Assembly (NCBI RefSeq): GCF_006345805.1
Contig: NC_043024.1
Coordinates: 7,812,001-7,876,000, forward strand
Reading direction: 5' to 3'
Length of the DNA: 64,000 bases
Source: Octopus sinensis
Taxonomy: Eukaryota
The number at the start of each line of letters is the position of its first letter. Positions within the stretch are counted from its first letter, which is position 1. Position numbers and translations under genes: made by a program. Under the pieces are notes generated by a model. That model was not told the DNA's origin. It did no database searches and worked only from the letters and a program-made list of their open reading frames with translations. This document shows positions 26,701 to 41,744 of this stretch, in pieces.

Positions 26701-27268
26701 CATAAAAAACACCATCCGAGCGTGGTCGTCTGCTAGCCTCGTCTGGCACCTGTGTCGGTGGCACATAAAAACACCATCCGAGCGTGGCCGATCGCCAGCC
26801 TCGTCTGGCACCTGTGTCGGTGGCACATAAAAACACCATCCGAGCGTGGCCGTTGCCAGCCTCGTCTGGCACCTGTGTCGGTGGCACATAAAAACACCAT
26901 CCGAGCGTGGCCGTTCGCCAGCCTCGTCTGGCACCTGTGTCGGTGGCACATAAAAACACCATCCGAGCGTGGCCGTTGCCAGCCTCGCCTGGCACCTGTG
27001 CAGGTGGCACGTAAAAAGCACCCACTACACTCACGGAGTGGTTGGCGTTAGGAAGGGCATCCAGCTGTAGAAACATTGCCAGATAAGACTGGAGTCTGGT
27101 GCAGCCTTCTGGCTTCCCAGATCCCCGGTCGAAACGTCCAACCCATGCTGGCATGGAGAACGGACCTTAAACGACGATGATGATGATGATGATGATTTAA
27201 TATTCGGATTATCCTGGTAATACCAGCACCAACCTTTTCTTTATTTCTCTTTTTTTATATCCCCAGAC

Positions 27269-27340
27269 ATGGCACTGAGATCAATATTGGTGACTCTATT
27301 TTTTGCCTACACCTTCTTTGATTATACAGAATCAACTTCG
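27269..27340 (+). CDS. Coding exon 1: signal peptide MALRSILVTLFFAYTFFDYTESTS
   Basis: Acceptor ttttttatatccccag at 27266, then AC ATG (so a 5'UTR exon lies further upstream). Donor TCG|gtaaat, phase 0. Basic-hydrophobic-small residue pattern. Confidence 0.85.
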
Positions 27341-27674
27341 GTAAATATATTGATTTTTTTTATTTTGTCGTTTGTTTTTTTTAATGTTATTTGTTGTAGT
27401 ATTTTGTTATGCCTTTTAAAATCTGTGATTTGAAAAGGTAATATAAAAGGAGAAAGGGGCTCTCCCGTTGGCTTTTATGGGTCTTTTCCACCAGGAACCT
27501 TTCGTAACGCCTCCTCCTATTGAAAGTTTTTCGTTGTTATATTTTCGTTGTTAAACTGCTTTTTACTCGTTTTTTTTCACAAACGGACAAAACCCCTTGT
27601 AACCTTTCGTCCTGTTTTTGTCCCTTTATGTAATAATTGATTTTTGTCAGCCCTTGTGGCCAATAAAAGAATGA

Positions 27675-27724
<50 letters not shown>

Positions 27725-27896
27725 TATTATTATTATTATCTTTATCATTATCATCATCATCATCATCATTATTATTATTATCATTATTATTATTGTTATT
27801 ATTATTATTATTATTACTATTATTATTATTATCTTTATCATCATCATTATTATTATTATCATTATTATTATTATCATTATCATCATCATCATCATT

Positions 27897-27989
<93 letters not shown>

Positions 27990-28035
27990 GTTATTATTAT
28001 CATTATTATTATTATCATCATCATCATCATCATCA

Positions 28036-28077
<42 letters not shown>

Positions 28078-28371
28078 CCTTTCAGGGTCGATGAATTAAG
28101 TACCAGTAAAATACTAGGGTTGATGTTATCAATTATCCCCATCCCTTAAATTTCAGGCCTTGTGCCTATAGTAGAAAGGATTGTTGTTGCTGTTGCTGCT
28201 GCTGTTGTTGTTATTGTTGCATCGAGGTTGATTTTGCCTTTCATCCTTTCAGGGTTGAATAAATAAATACCAGTGAAGTATTGAGGGGCGAGGACGGGGT
28301 CAATGTGGTCGACTTCCCCCTCCCCTCAAAAACTGCTGGCCCAGTGCCAAAAATTTGAAAACCCAATTATG

Positions 28372-28426
<55 letters not shown>

Positions 28427-30177
28427 TTTGTTCTTGCTGTTGTCGCACGCAGGCAAAATCTGGTGTTACCTGCCAATTCAAGGTCTTCCCCAACAACCCA
28501 AATCTCTATTATGAGATAGTATATAGTGGTGGCTACTTGGTGAGACAGTGTCACTTTGGCAGTAAGTTTAGTGTGTCAAGATGTTCCTGCTCCAATAAAA
28601 CCGACACAAAAGCAAAGGGTAAGTCACAGACCTGAGGAATTTTTACCTTAACCCTTAAGTGTTTAAACTGGTCGTATCCAGCCCAAATATTCTAAATGTT
28701 TTATATTCACACTGGCGATATCTAGCCTCTCACACCTAACCTACAATGTAATGCTAAAAATAAACAATTCACGTCATTGAAACCTCAAAGCTGTAAGATA
28801 ATGCATGATTAATTCAAAACAATTTGAGTGAAAAAGTATTACATTTAACCGAGTAATCTGAACACTAAAGTGTTAAGTCGTTTAGCATTCAGAACGTGGC
28901 CGATGCCAGTGCCGCCTAGACTGGCTTCCGTGCTGGTGGTATGTAAAATGCACCATCTGAATCGTGGCTAATGCCAGCGCCACCTTCACTGGCTTCCATG
29001 CTGGTGGCACGTAAAAAGCACCATCCGAATCGTGGCTGATGTCAGCGCCGTCTTGACTGGCTTCCGTGCCGGTGGCACATAAAAAGCACCATCCAAATCG
29101 TGGCCGATACCAGCGCCACCTTGACTGGCTTCCGTGCCGGTGGCACGTAAAATGCACCAATCCAATCGTGGCCGTTGCCAGCCTCGTCTGGCACCTGTGC
29201 TGGTGGCATGTAAAAGGCACCCACTACACTCACGGAGTGGTTGGCGTTAGGAAGGGCATCAAGCTGTAGAAACACTGCAAGATCAGACTGGAGCCTGGTG
29301 CAGCCTCCTGGCTTCCCAGATCCCCGGTCGAACTGTCGAACCCATGATAGCATGGAAACCGGACGTTAAACGATGATGATGATGATTACTTTGTTGAATG
29401 TGATTCTTGTATATTCACATTGTTTTTAATTAATTATGCATTATCTCATAGCTTTCATCATCATCATCATCATCGTTTAACGTCCACTTTCCATGCCAGC
29501 ATGGGTTGGACGATTTTGACTGAGGCCCTTGGTTTGGTGATAAAAGGCTTTCATTTTAAGGTGATCCAAGTTAAAACCTTCCTTCAAGGTTTTATGTAAA
29601 TTTATGGGCCAAACAACTTAATAATCTCTCTTTACTCTTTTACTTGTTTCAGTCATTTGAGTGTGCCCATACTGGAGCACTGCCATTAGTCGAGCAAATC
29701 AGCCCCAGGACTTATTCTTTGTAAGCCTAGTACTTATTCTATCGGTCTCTATTGCCGAACCGCTAAGTTACGGGGACGTAAACACACCAGCATCGGTTGT
29801 CAAGCAATGATGAGGGGACAAACATAGACACACAAACATACACACACACACGTATATATATATATATATATATTTTAATTGATTTGCTTTTCGCGGGAAG
29901 GAAGTTTTCTTCGAAGTATACGTCTCGCTTTTATCCTTCGAAACGTTTAGTAGATGAAACCTTAGCGACTGAAGAAGGGGATTTTTCGTTGTGCTTATTG
30001 TCCTGTATCTCTCCTTTTTTTTTGCTTGTCTTGTTCCTTGGTTTGTGTCTATGTGTTTCGTCTCTCTATGTGTTCGACGTCTTTTTGGTGTCCTGTACAC
30101 ATATATGCGTGTATATGTACATGTAGAGGTATGTACGTACATATATGTTTATATATATGCATATGTTCTATTTTATT

Positions 30178-30212
<35 letters not shown>

Positions 30213-32464
30213 GACGGGCTTCTTTCAGTTTCCATCTACCAAATCCACTCACAAGGCTTTGGTCAGCCCGAGGCTATAATAGAAGACACTTGCCCAAGAT
30301 TCCACGCAGTGGGACTGAACCCGGAACCATGTGGTTCGTAAGCAAGCTACTTACCACACAGCCACTCCTACACCTGTTAATATTGTTAATGTTTGGACAA
30401 TAATTAAACATAAAATTCTGATGGAAGATTTTAATTTAGACCGCTTTAAGACAGCTTCTTTCACAGAACTAGAAATGGTCTTGAGTGGATAGGTATCAAA
30501 AGGGCTTAAAATTACCCCACCGTTATAAGATACTCCCCATAAATGTAATAACAATAATATTTGTACAACTTCACATGACTGTCTTGTTGGAACACTGAAT
30601 GATGTGTTATCATCCTTGAGAGATCCTTTAATAGAGGCACTCAAACGCAGTATTTGGTGTTCTCACTAGACATCCATATTAACCCTTTCGTTACCAACCC
30701 GGCTGAAACCGGCCCAGGCTCTTTAGTATAAATGTCTTGTTTTCATAATTTCTGAATTAAAATCTTCCACCAAACCTTAGTCACAATTAATGTTCCTAAC
30801 ACTAGCTTAATGATAACTAAATTATTTTACTAAATTCTTTATTATATTTAAAGTAATTGAAAGAAACACAGAGCATCTCAACAGAAATATGGTAACAAAA
30901 GGGTTAATAAATGATCAATTTAACCCTTTTGATACTAACCCGGCTGAAACTGGCTCTGGCTCTGTAGTACAAATGTCTTGTTTTCATAAGTTTTGAATTA
31001 AATTCTTCCACCAAACCTTAGTCACAATTTATGTTCCTAACACTAGCTTAATGATAACTAGGTTATTTTACTAAATTCTTTGTTATATTTAACCGTTTCG
31101 TTACCAACCCGGCTGAAACCAGCTCTGGCTCTGTAGTACAAATGTCTTGCTTTTTTTAATTAAAATCTTACACCAAACCTTAGTCACAATTTATGTTCCT
31201 AACACTAGCCGAATGATAACTAAGTTATTTTACTAAATTCTTTGTGATATTTAAAGTAATTGAAAGAAACACAGAGCATCTCAAAATAAATACAGTAACG
31301 AAAGGGTTAATGATAACGATGTTATTTTACTAAATTATTTGTTATATTTGAAATAATTGGAAGAAACACAGAGCATTTCAAAATAAATATGGTAATGAAA
31401 GGGTTAAGTCAGATATGAAGATTACTTTTTAGTACTAATACTGCTCTGTCTTAAATAATTAATATATAAAAGTGAAGTTGTGTGTCTGTCTCCTACGATT
31501 TAGATTCCTAACTACTCCCACATTTTGCGGTGCAGTTTAACCAAAACCGGTTATCTTATAGTCGTGATTCATATTGAGCCCTTCTGGGTATTAGCGCGCG
31601 TCTACGATGAGTCTACAATTTAAAAAAATTTACCATAATAATTTTTTTCCATTTTAATGCATTTTTTTCGCTATTATATAAGGGAAGTAACTCTCTAAAA
31701 ATGTCTACAATGAGTCAACGATTTTTAAAAGAATTTACCATTATTTTTTTCCATTTTTAATGCATTTTTTTGCTATTTTTTGGCTATAACTCTCTAAAAA
31801 TGGTTATATAGTTATTTCCCTTACAAACCCGAGCAACGCCAGGCGATACTGCTAGTAAATAATATTTGTACCTTTATTTTGAAACTAATCAAAAGCAGTT
31901 CTTGTTTTAACAGATGGTTCAGCCAAAAAGAAGATGAAAGGTGCCCAAAAGACAAGTAAATCAGGTTTGGGTTCAAATAAAGCTACACAACACATATTAA
32001 AGACTAAGATCACGATAAAGAAATTTCCGAATCTCCCTCCAGTCACGAGTACCCCAACTGCGAGTACAACAACAAGACGTGGAGGAAAGTTGAAAAAATT
32101 TGCTACCAAGTTGACCCAGATACAATCGGTTGTCCTCACACTAAGTAAGAGCGCCAACAAAAGTGCAGCAGCAACCAACAGCAGCAAGCGTGAACATGGT
32201 AGCCGTGCAGCAATCGCGGAGAAGACAAAGAGTGGTCAAGGCACTCGCACGGCCGAGTTGGCTGCAGAAGTACTTCAGTCACCGAATAACAAGTCTGGGT
32301 TGGTGGTGCTGGACGCAGATACGAGTGCGAGTAGAGAGCGCAGCGCAGAGGCGTCGTCTGCGTCGAATGAATCCGATACAAGTCTGTCAGCATCCGAGGA
32401 AGAAGAGCCTGCGAGCAAAGTTGTGACCACTAAGGCTCCAATTTCAATAAATAAAAGTAAGTTA

Positions 32465-32505
<41 letters not shown>

Positions 32506-33001
32506 CATCATCATCATCATCATCATCATCTTCTTCATCATCATCATCATCACCATGGTCGTCGTCATCATCATCATCATCATCATCACACCATCGTCGT
32601 CATCATCATCATCATCATCAAAACCATCATCATCATTGTCGTCATCATCATCATCATCGTCATCATCATCATCACCATCGTCAACGTCGTCGTCATCGTC
32701 ATCGTCATCATCATCATCATCGTCATCATCATCATCATCATCATCATCATCACCACCATCGTTGTCATCATCATCATCATCATCATCAAAACCATCATCA
32801 TCATTGTCGTCGTCATCACCATCATCATCATCATCACCATCATCAACGTCGTCGTCATCGTCGTCATCATCATCATCATCATCATCATCACCACCATCGT
32901 TGTCATCATCATCATCATCATCATCAAAACCATCATCGTCATCGTCGTCGTCATCACCATCATCATCATCATCACCATCGTCAACGTCGTCGTCATCATG
33001 G

Positions 33002-33036
<35 letters not shown>

Positions 33037-33185
33037 GTCGTCATCATCATCATCATCATCAAAACCATCGTCATCATCGTCGTCGTCGTCATCGTCATCA
33101 TCATCATCATCGTCAACATCGTCGTCATCATCATCATCATCATCGTCATCATCATCATCATCATCATCATCATCACCATCATCAA

Positions 33186-33255
<70 letters not shown>

Positions 33256-33364
33256 GTCATCATCATCATCACCATCGTCAACGTCGTCGTCATCGTCGTC
33301 GTCGTCGTCATCATCATCATCAAAACCATCGTCATCATCGTCGTCGTCATCATCATCATCATTG

Positions 33365-33400
<36 letters not shown>

Positions 33401-33726
33401 CCATCGTCATCGTCGTCGTCGTCGTCATCATCATCATCACCACCACCACCACCACCACCACCACTTTTCCTTGCTTGAATGTTGGACTGAATTTATTGAG
33501 GCAGGGCTTTCTATGGTCAGATGCCATTCCTGTTGCTAAAACTCACATGTTTCCAAGCAAGTTGTTATTTTCCTTGTGACCAATCATTTCTTGCAGAATA
33601 TTGGAAAGGAACGACACTGCTTGTATAACAGTGACACTCATTTACAAATATCATGTGATATTAACACAAGGAGACACAAGCATACGTACCATCACACACA
33701 TACACACACACACATATATACATACA

Positions 33727-33757
<31 letters not shown>

Positions 33758-36360
33758 CTTTCTCTCTCTTTTCCTTGTTTCAGTCATTTGACTGCGGCCA
33801 TGCTGGAGCACCGCCTTTAATCGAGCAACTCGACCCCGGGAATTATTCTTTTGTAAGCCTAGTACTTATTCTATCGGTCTCTTTTGCCGATCCACTAAGT
33901 AACGGGGACGTAAACACACCAGCATCGGTTATCAAGCAATGCTAGGGGGACAAACACACACACACACACATATATATAAACATATATACGACGGGCTTCT
34001 TTCAGTTTCCGTCTACCAAATCCACTCACAAGGCACTTGCCCAAGGTGCCACACAGTGGGACTAAACCCGGAACCATGTGGTTGGTAAGTCCCGGGGTCA
34101 AGTTGCTCGATTAAAGGCGGTGCTCCAGCATGGCCGCAGTCAAATGACTGAAACAAGTAAAAGAGAGAGAGTAATAGTGCAAATAACATGCAAAGTGCAC
34201 GTAGTCTACTAACATCACCAACACCACTAAAGCCTCATCTTTAGTACTTATACTTTTTGTTCTCTTTTTGCTGAACCACTAAGTTACGGGGATGTAAACA
34301 CACCAACATTGGTTGTCAAGCGATGGTGGGGGACACAGAAATCTATACATACATATATCTCTCTATATATAAACGGCAGTTTGTCTGTCTGCGTGTCTGT
34401 GTGTCTGTTTGGTTGTACCCTCACCCTGACCACGGCTTTCAACCGATTCTGATGAAACTTGACACACACATAGCCCAATGTCCTAATTCAAAACTGACGC
34501 AGCGAAAATTTTGAAAAGTTCCCCCAGTTCTGAAAAAAATCGATAAATTCGACATGGGGTCGAGAATCAGAAACACAAACCACAGACTGTCTAGGGGACG
34601 CAACTCGACCTTTTTAACTCTCAAAAAAATTTACCATCATTTTTTTTTCCATTTTTTTGCTAGTTTTTGGCTATAACTCTCTAAAAATGCTTTATAGTTA
34701 TTTCCCTTACAAACCCGAGCAACGCCGGGCGATACTGCTAGTATATATATATAAGCCTCATCCTCATCCACTCATCACTACCACCACACCGATACCACAC
34801 CCTCCATCACAACCAACACCACCACCACCAACACTACCGCTAACATGGACGTAAATTTATCTCATGGTCTCTTTCTCTCTTCTGTTTTTGTGTTGACCAG
34901 CGTGTGCCCTAAATGCCAATGCTGAGAACCCCACCAAATATTACGAGCTGGTTCCTGGACATGGTTATTACATTAGGGATTGCGCTGAGGGATCGGCTTT
35001 CAGCCCGATAGCCTGTGGCTGTACTATTCATGCTAAGAAAGGTAAATGACCAATTTGTTTACTGGTGTGCTTCTGTGTCTGTGTCTGTGTGTGTGCGTGC
35101 AGATGTGTGTGAGTGCACTTCTGTGTGCACTTCAAACAGAAATTTACACATGCATACATATACGCATGGATGGATGGAAGCACTCCATCGGTTACGACGA
35201 CGAGGGTTCCGGTTGATCCGAATCAACGGCACAGCCTGCTCGTGAAATTAACGTGTAAGTGGCTGAGCACTCCACAGACACGTGTACCCTTAACGTGTTC
35301 TCGGGGATATTCAGCGTGACACAGAGAGTGCAAGGCCGGCCCTTTGAAATACAGGTACAACAGAAAGAGGAAGTAGAGTGAGAGAAAGTTGTGGTGAAAG
35401 AGTACAGCAGGGATCACCACCATCCCCTGCAGGAGCACTCCATCGGTTACGACGACGAGGGTTCCGGTTGATCCGAATCAACGGCACAGCCTGCTCGTGA
35501 AATTAACGTGTAAGTGGCTGAGCACTCCACAGACACGTGTACCCTTAACGTAGTTCTCGGGGATATTCAGCGTGACACAGAGAGTGACAAGGCCGGCCCT
35601 TTGAAATACAGGTACAACAGAAAGAGGAAGTAAGAGTGAGAGAAAGTTGTGGTGAAAGAGTACAGCAGGGATCACCACCATCCCCTGCAGGAGCACTCCA
35701 TCGGTTACGACGACGAGGGTTCCGGTTGATCCGAATCAACGGCACAGCCTGCTCGTGAAATTAACGTGTAAGTGGCTGAGCACTCCACAGATACGTGCAC
35801 CCTTAATGTAGTTCTCGGGATATTCAGCGTGACACAGAGATGACAAGGCCGGCCCTTTGAAATACAGGTACAACAGAAACAGGAAGTAAGAGTGAGAGAA
35901 GTTGTGGCGAAAGAGTACAGCAGGGATCACCACCATCCCCTGCCGGAGCCTCGTGGAGCTTTTAGGTGTTTTCGCTCAATAAACACTCACAACGCCCGGT
36001 CTGGGAATCGAAACCGCGATCCTATGACCGCGAGTCCGCTGCCCTAACCACTGGGCCATTGCGCCTCCTAACATATACGCATACATACACACTCACAGAG
36101 GCATGTTTCTGTATGTGATTATTGTGTTTAAACATTTATATAAACGAACATAAGCATGCATACATGTGTGTGTGTGCATACATATATACATATATCCAAT
36201 ATATATATTACATATATATATATATATATACATACTATAGTTATATGCATATGTAGCATGTATGTATGTATGTATGTATGTATGTATGTATGTATGTATG
36301 TGTGTATGTGTGTATGTATGTATGTATGTGTGTGTGTATCTATGTGTGTATGTATACATG

Positions 36361-36394
<34 letters not shown>

Positions 36395-36570
36395 TGTATG
36401 TATGTATATATATGTATGTATGTATATATGTATGTATGTATGTGTGTATGTATGTACGTATGTATGTATGCATACATGTATGTATGTATGTATGTATGTA
36501 TGTATGTGTGTATGTATGTGTGTATGTATGTATGTATGTGTGTGTGTATCTATGTGTGTATGTATACATG

Positions 36571-36604
<34 letters not shown>

Positions 36605-37840
36605 TGTATGTATGTATATGTATATATATGTATGTATGTATATATGTATGTATGTATGTGTGTATGTATGCATGTATGTATGCATGCATGTATGTATGTA
36701 TGTATGCATACATGATGTACGTACATACATACATTTTGGCTTGATTGAGTTAGTTAGTTGCTATTCTCAGTTTTATTTGCAGGGTTTTATATTTGTTTTT
36801 TTTTTGTTTGTATTCTTTTTAATTGGATATGTTTGTTTTTGTTGTTGGTGTAGAAAAAGAGGACAAACCTGAGAGCAAAGAAATGTGGAAGAAACCCCTA
36901 AAGGAAGAACTAGCAACTATAATGCAACCCCCAACCATACTGCCTACAGAAGCTGCTAAAAAATCGGTAAATATATATACAGGCCAGCTCCTGTCAAACT
37001 GGACAACCCATACCTATTTCTTTACTACCCACAAGGGGCTAAACATAGAGGGGACAAACAGGGACAGAGAAATGAATTAAGTCGATTACATCGACCCCAG
37101 TGCGTAACTGGTACTTAATTTATCGACCCGGAAAGGATGAAAGGCAAAGTCGACCTCAGCAGAATTTGAACTCAGAACGTAGTGGCAGACGAAATACCTA
37201 TTTCTTTACTGCCCACAAGGGGCTAAACACAGAGGGGACAAACAAGGACAGACAAACGGATTAAGTCGATTACATTGACCCCAGTGTGTAACTGGTACTT
37301 AATTTATTGACCCCGAAAGGATGAAAGGCAAAGTCGACCTCGGCAGAATTTGAACTCAGAACGTAGCGGCGGACGAAATACCTATTTCTTTACTACCCAC
37401 AAGGGGCTAAACATAGAGGGGACAAACAAGGACAGACAAACGGATTAAGTCGATTACATTGATCCAGTGCGTAACTGGTACTTAATTTATTGACCCCGAA
37501 AGGATGAAAGGCAAAGTCGACCTCGGCGGAATTTGAACTCAGAACGTAACGGCTATGCATTTTGCCCGGCGTGCTAACATTTCTACCAGCTCGTCGCCAT
37601 AACCCGTACCTGCATGGAAGCTGGACATTAAACAATGATGATGATGCAGTTGTTGTTGTTATTAAGGCAATGAGCTGGCAAAATGCTTAGCAATGTCTTG
37701 TCCATCCTCACATTCTGAGGTCAACTTTGCCTTTCATACTTTCGGGGTCAATAAATTAAATACCAGTGAAACATTGGGATTGATGTAATTAACTGGTCCC
37801 CTCCCCAAAAATTTCAGCCCTTGTGCCTATAGTAGAAAGG

Positions 37841-37874
<34 letters not shown>

Positions 37875-39860
37875 GTTTGACTTTTGCTTTACATTTGCTC
37901 AAGTTGGCTCCAAGTCTCACCCAGAGACCTCAAGAGACAACAAGTTGGAAGTTCGTATTGGTGTTATGCCTAGGGTGCCATATATTTGGTTTTGTACATA
38001 GTGTTGTTCTAGAGAATGTTTAAGAAACCATAAGAAAATTATGTTTGTTTTAAAACTTGAGATTACATAGAAAGTATTTTGCATAGGATATGAGCAGTTC
38101 CCATGAGCACTATCTTTTGAATTTCAACCATTTTGGGGTTTCCTGGCTCTGTAGTACAAATGTCTTGTTTTCAAAAGTTCTGAATTAAAATCTTCCACTA
38201 AACCTTAGTCACAATTTATGTTCCTAACACTAGCTGAATGGTAACTAAGTTATTTTACTAAATTCTTTGTTATATTTAAAATTAATTAAAAGAAACACAG
38301 AGCATCTCAATAGAATATGGTAACAAAAGGGTTAACAATGATTAATTTAACCCTTTTGATACCAACCTGTTGAAACAGCCTCTGGCTCTGAGTACAAATG
38401 TCTTGTTTCCATAAGTTTTCAATTCAAATCTTCCACAAACCTTAGTCACAATTTATGTTCCTAACACTAGCTGAATGATAACTAAGTTATTTTACTAAAT
38501 TCTTTGTTATATTTAAAATTAATTAAAAGAAACACAGAGCATCTCAATAGAAATATGGTAACAAAAGGGTTAACAAATGATTAATTTAACCCTTTTGATA
38601 CCAACCTGGTTGAAACAGCCTCTGGCTCTGAGTACAAATGTCTTGTTTCCATAAGTTTTCAATTCAAATCTTCCACCAAACCTTAGTCACAATTTATGTT
38701 CCTAACACTAGCTGAATGATAACTAAGTTATTTTACTAAATTCTTTGTTATATTTAAAATTAATTAAAAGAAACACAGAGCATCTCAATAGAAATATGGT
38801 AACGAAAGGGTTAAGTATATTTTTAATGTTAGTTCTAACTCTTTTTCTTAAATTAATTAATAATACCAAACAAAACAAAATAAAGCTGCCTGACAATATT
38901 GTGAAAATCTAAGATGTTCAGAATGTGAAGAGGAAAATAATCTCTCTCTATATAAACGGCAGTTTGTCTGTGTGTCTGTTAGGTTGTACCCTCACCCTGA
39001 CCACGGCTTTCAACCGATTCTGATGAAACTTGACACACACATAGCCCAATGTCATAATTCAAAACTAACGCAGCGAAAATTTTGAAAAGTTCCCCCAGTT
39101 CTGAAATAAAATCAATAAATTCGACATGGGGTCGACAATCAGAAACACAAACCACAGATGGTCTAGGGGACGCAACTCGACCTTTTTAACCATCAAAAAA
39201 AATTTACCATAATTTTTTTTGGTATTTTTTGGCTATAACTCTCTAAAAATGCTTTATAGTTATTTCCCTTACAAACCCAAGCAACGCCAGGCGATACTGC
39301 TAGTATAATGATAAATGTTCGAAGAAACCAATAAATTAATAGTTTCTTGTCTTTTTCTTGCAGTACGTCTATATACCAGTGTGTCAGCGGAGCTCCTGTG
39401 TTGATGATCCCACAAAATACTTCGAACAAGTACCAGGCCATGGCTTCTATTTAAGATCGTGTCCAAAGGGCACAGCTTTCAACCCCATTCACTGTCAATG
39501 TTCAATACACTATGGAAACTGTAAGGGATATAATTTTTTTTTTTTTTTTTTACTATTTTAATGTTATTTTATTTTAGTTATTTTTCACTTGTCTCTTGTT
39601 TGTTTCAGTCATTGGCCATGCTGGAACACTCTTTACTCTTTTACTTGTTTCAGTCTTTACTCTTTACTCTTTTACTTGACTGCGGCCATGCTGGAGCACC
39701 GCCTTTTAATCGAGCAACTCGACCCCGGGACTTATTCTTTTGTAAGCCCAGTACTTATTCTATCGGTCTCTTTTGCCTAACCGCTAAGTAGCGGGGACAT
39801 AAACACACCAGCATCGGTTGTCAAGCAATGCTAGGGGGACAAACACAAACACACACATGC

Positions 39861-39894
<34 letters not shown>

Positions 39895-41713
39895 GACGGG
39901 CTTCTTTTCAGTTTCCGTCTACCAAATCCACTCACAAGGCTTTGGTCAGCCCGAGGCTATAGTAGAAGACACTTGCCCAAAGTGCCACGCAGTGGGACTG
40001 AACCCAGAACCATGTGGTTGGTAAGCAAGCTACTTACCACACAGCTACTCCTTCACATTACTATGAAAGTTTAAAAAGATTTTTTTTTAAAATTTAAATT
40101 GAAATAAATTGATTCCAGATTCCAGGAAGCTATCAACTACTTCTAGTTTTTCTCCCTGAAATGTGGCAGAAGTTGTTCTCTGCACATTTTCAGTGTTTAT
40201 TGCTCTTGAGCATCTGCCACATACAAAAACTATCTTCCCAGTTAGCTTTCCTTTGATATTGCTGCACCTCTTTTGTGTCCATAGCTTACACTGGGTACAT
40301 CTTAAGTTAAGTTAAGTTAATTTTTTGGCTCAAAAAGCAAAAAGCAAGGCCATGTAGGGGGACATGGAGTTATGTACAGGGAGGATGTTCATGCAAAGAG
40401 TTCAGGCCATTTCTGGTCAAGAGAGACTTTGAACCGAGCAGTCATGGTTCAAAAAGCAAAAAGCAAGGCCATGTAGGGGGACAGGGAGTTATGTACAGGG
40501 AGGATGTTCATGCAAAGAGTTCAGGCCATTTCTGGTCAAGAGAGACTTTGAACCGAGCAGTCATGGTTCAAAAAGCAAAAAGCAAGGCCATGTAGGGGGA
40601 CATGGAGTTATGTACAGGGAGGATGTTCATGCAAAGAGTTCAGGCCATTTCTGGTCAAGAGAAACTTTGAATCGAGCGGTCATCGGCATCTTCACTATCT
40701 CGTCCAGCAGCTTATTCCACGGATCCGCAACCTGGACGGAGAAAGCCCTTCTCCTTCGATTGAGATGAAACCGTCGCAGATAGAGCTAATAGAGTTTCTA
40801 CCTACACCTATTCTACAGATCGATATTGAATGAAGGCATGTAGCTTAGCGGTTAGGGTACTCAGCTCATGAGTTTAAGGTCATGAGTTTGAATCCTAGCA
40901 GAATGTCGTCCTTGAGAAAGACACTAAATTTTACATTGCTCCAGTCCATTCAGCTGGCAAAAATGAGTATCATCTGTTTAGCAAAGGGCCAACCTTGGAA
41001 CATATTTTGTATCATACTGAACCACCCTGAGAACTATGTTAAAATTAAGCATGTTAGCAGGGTGCTGACACACTTGCATGTTAATTTCACAAGCAGGCTC
41101 TTGTACTGACTGGATCAACCCAAACACTCGTCATAACCGACAGAGTGCCTTCATATACAATGAGCTGATAAGAGAAGAGAATAAGCATATATTCTCCACC
41201 GTTGCAATTTCTGGATTCTCAGAACAGTGGTGAACCACTGTTTTTCTCAATAGTTCTGCACCAGGCAAAAAGCTTTCTGTGAGCTTGGTTTGATATTTTG
41301 AATCCCTATTCTTGTTGTATGTGTGTGTGTTTGTGTAGGAGTGGCTGTGTGATAAGTAGCTTGTTTACCAACCACATGGTTCCAGGTTCAGTCCCACTGC
41401 ATGGCACTGTGGGCAAGTGTCTTCTATTATAGCCTCGGGAGGCCAAAGCCTTGTGAGTGGATTTCGGAGACGGAAACTGAAAGAAGCCCGTCGTATGTAT
41501 GTATGTGTGTGTGTATATGTTTGTGTGTCTGTGTTTGTCCCCCCAAAATCTCTTGACAACCGATGCTGGTGTGTTTACATCGCCATAACATAGTAGACCG
41601 ATAGAATAAGTACTAGGCTTACAAAGAATAAGTCGTGGGGTCAATTTGCTCGACTAAAGGTGGTGCTCCAGCATGGCCACAGTCAAATGACTGAAACAAG
41701 TAAAAGAGTAAAA

Positions 41714-41744
<31 letters not shown>

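Noticed and set aside
27644-28149. Poly-Tyr/His/Ile/Met ORFs; likewise the ORFs at 15246-15824 and 36093-36872
   Set aside because: They are translations of simple repeats.
32457-33478. Poly-Ser extension of the 514-aa ORF
   Set aside because: A canonical A|gtaagt donor at 32456/7 joins in phase to exon 4; the rest is (CA)n/(CAT)n microsatellite read-through.
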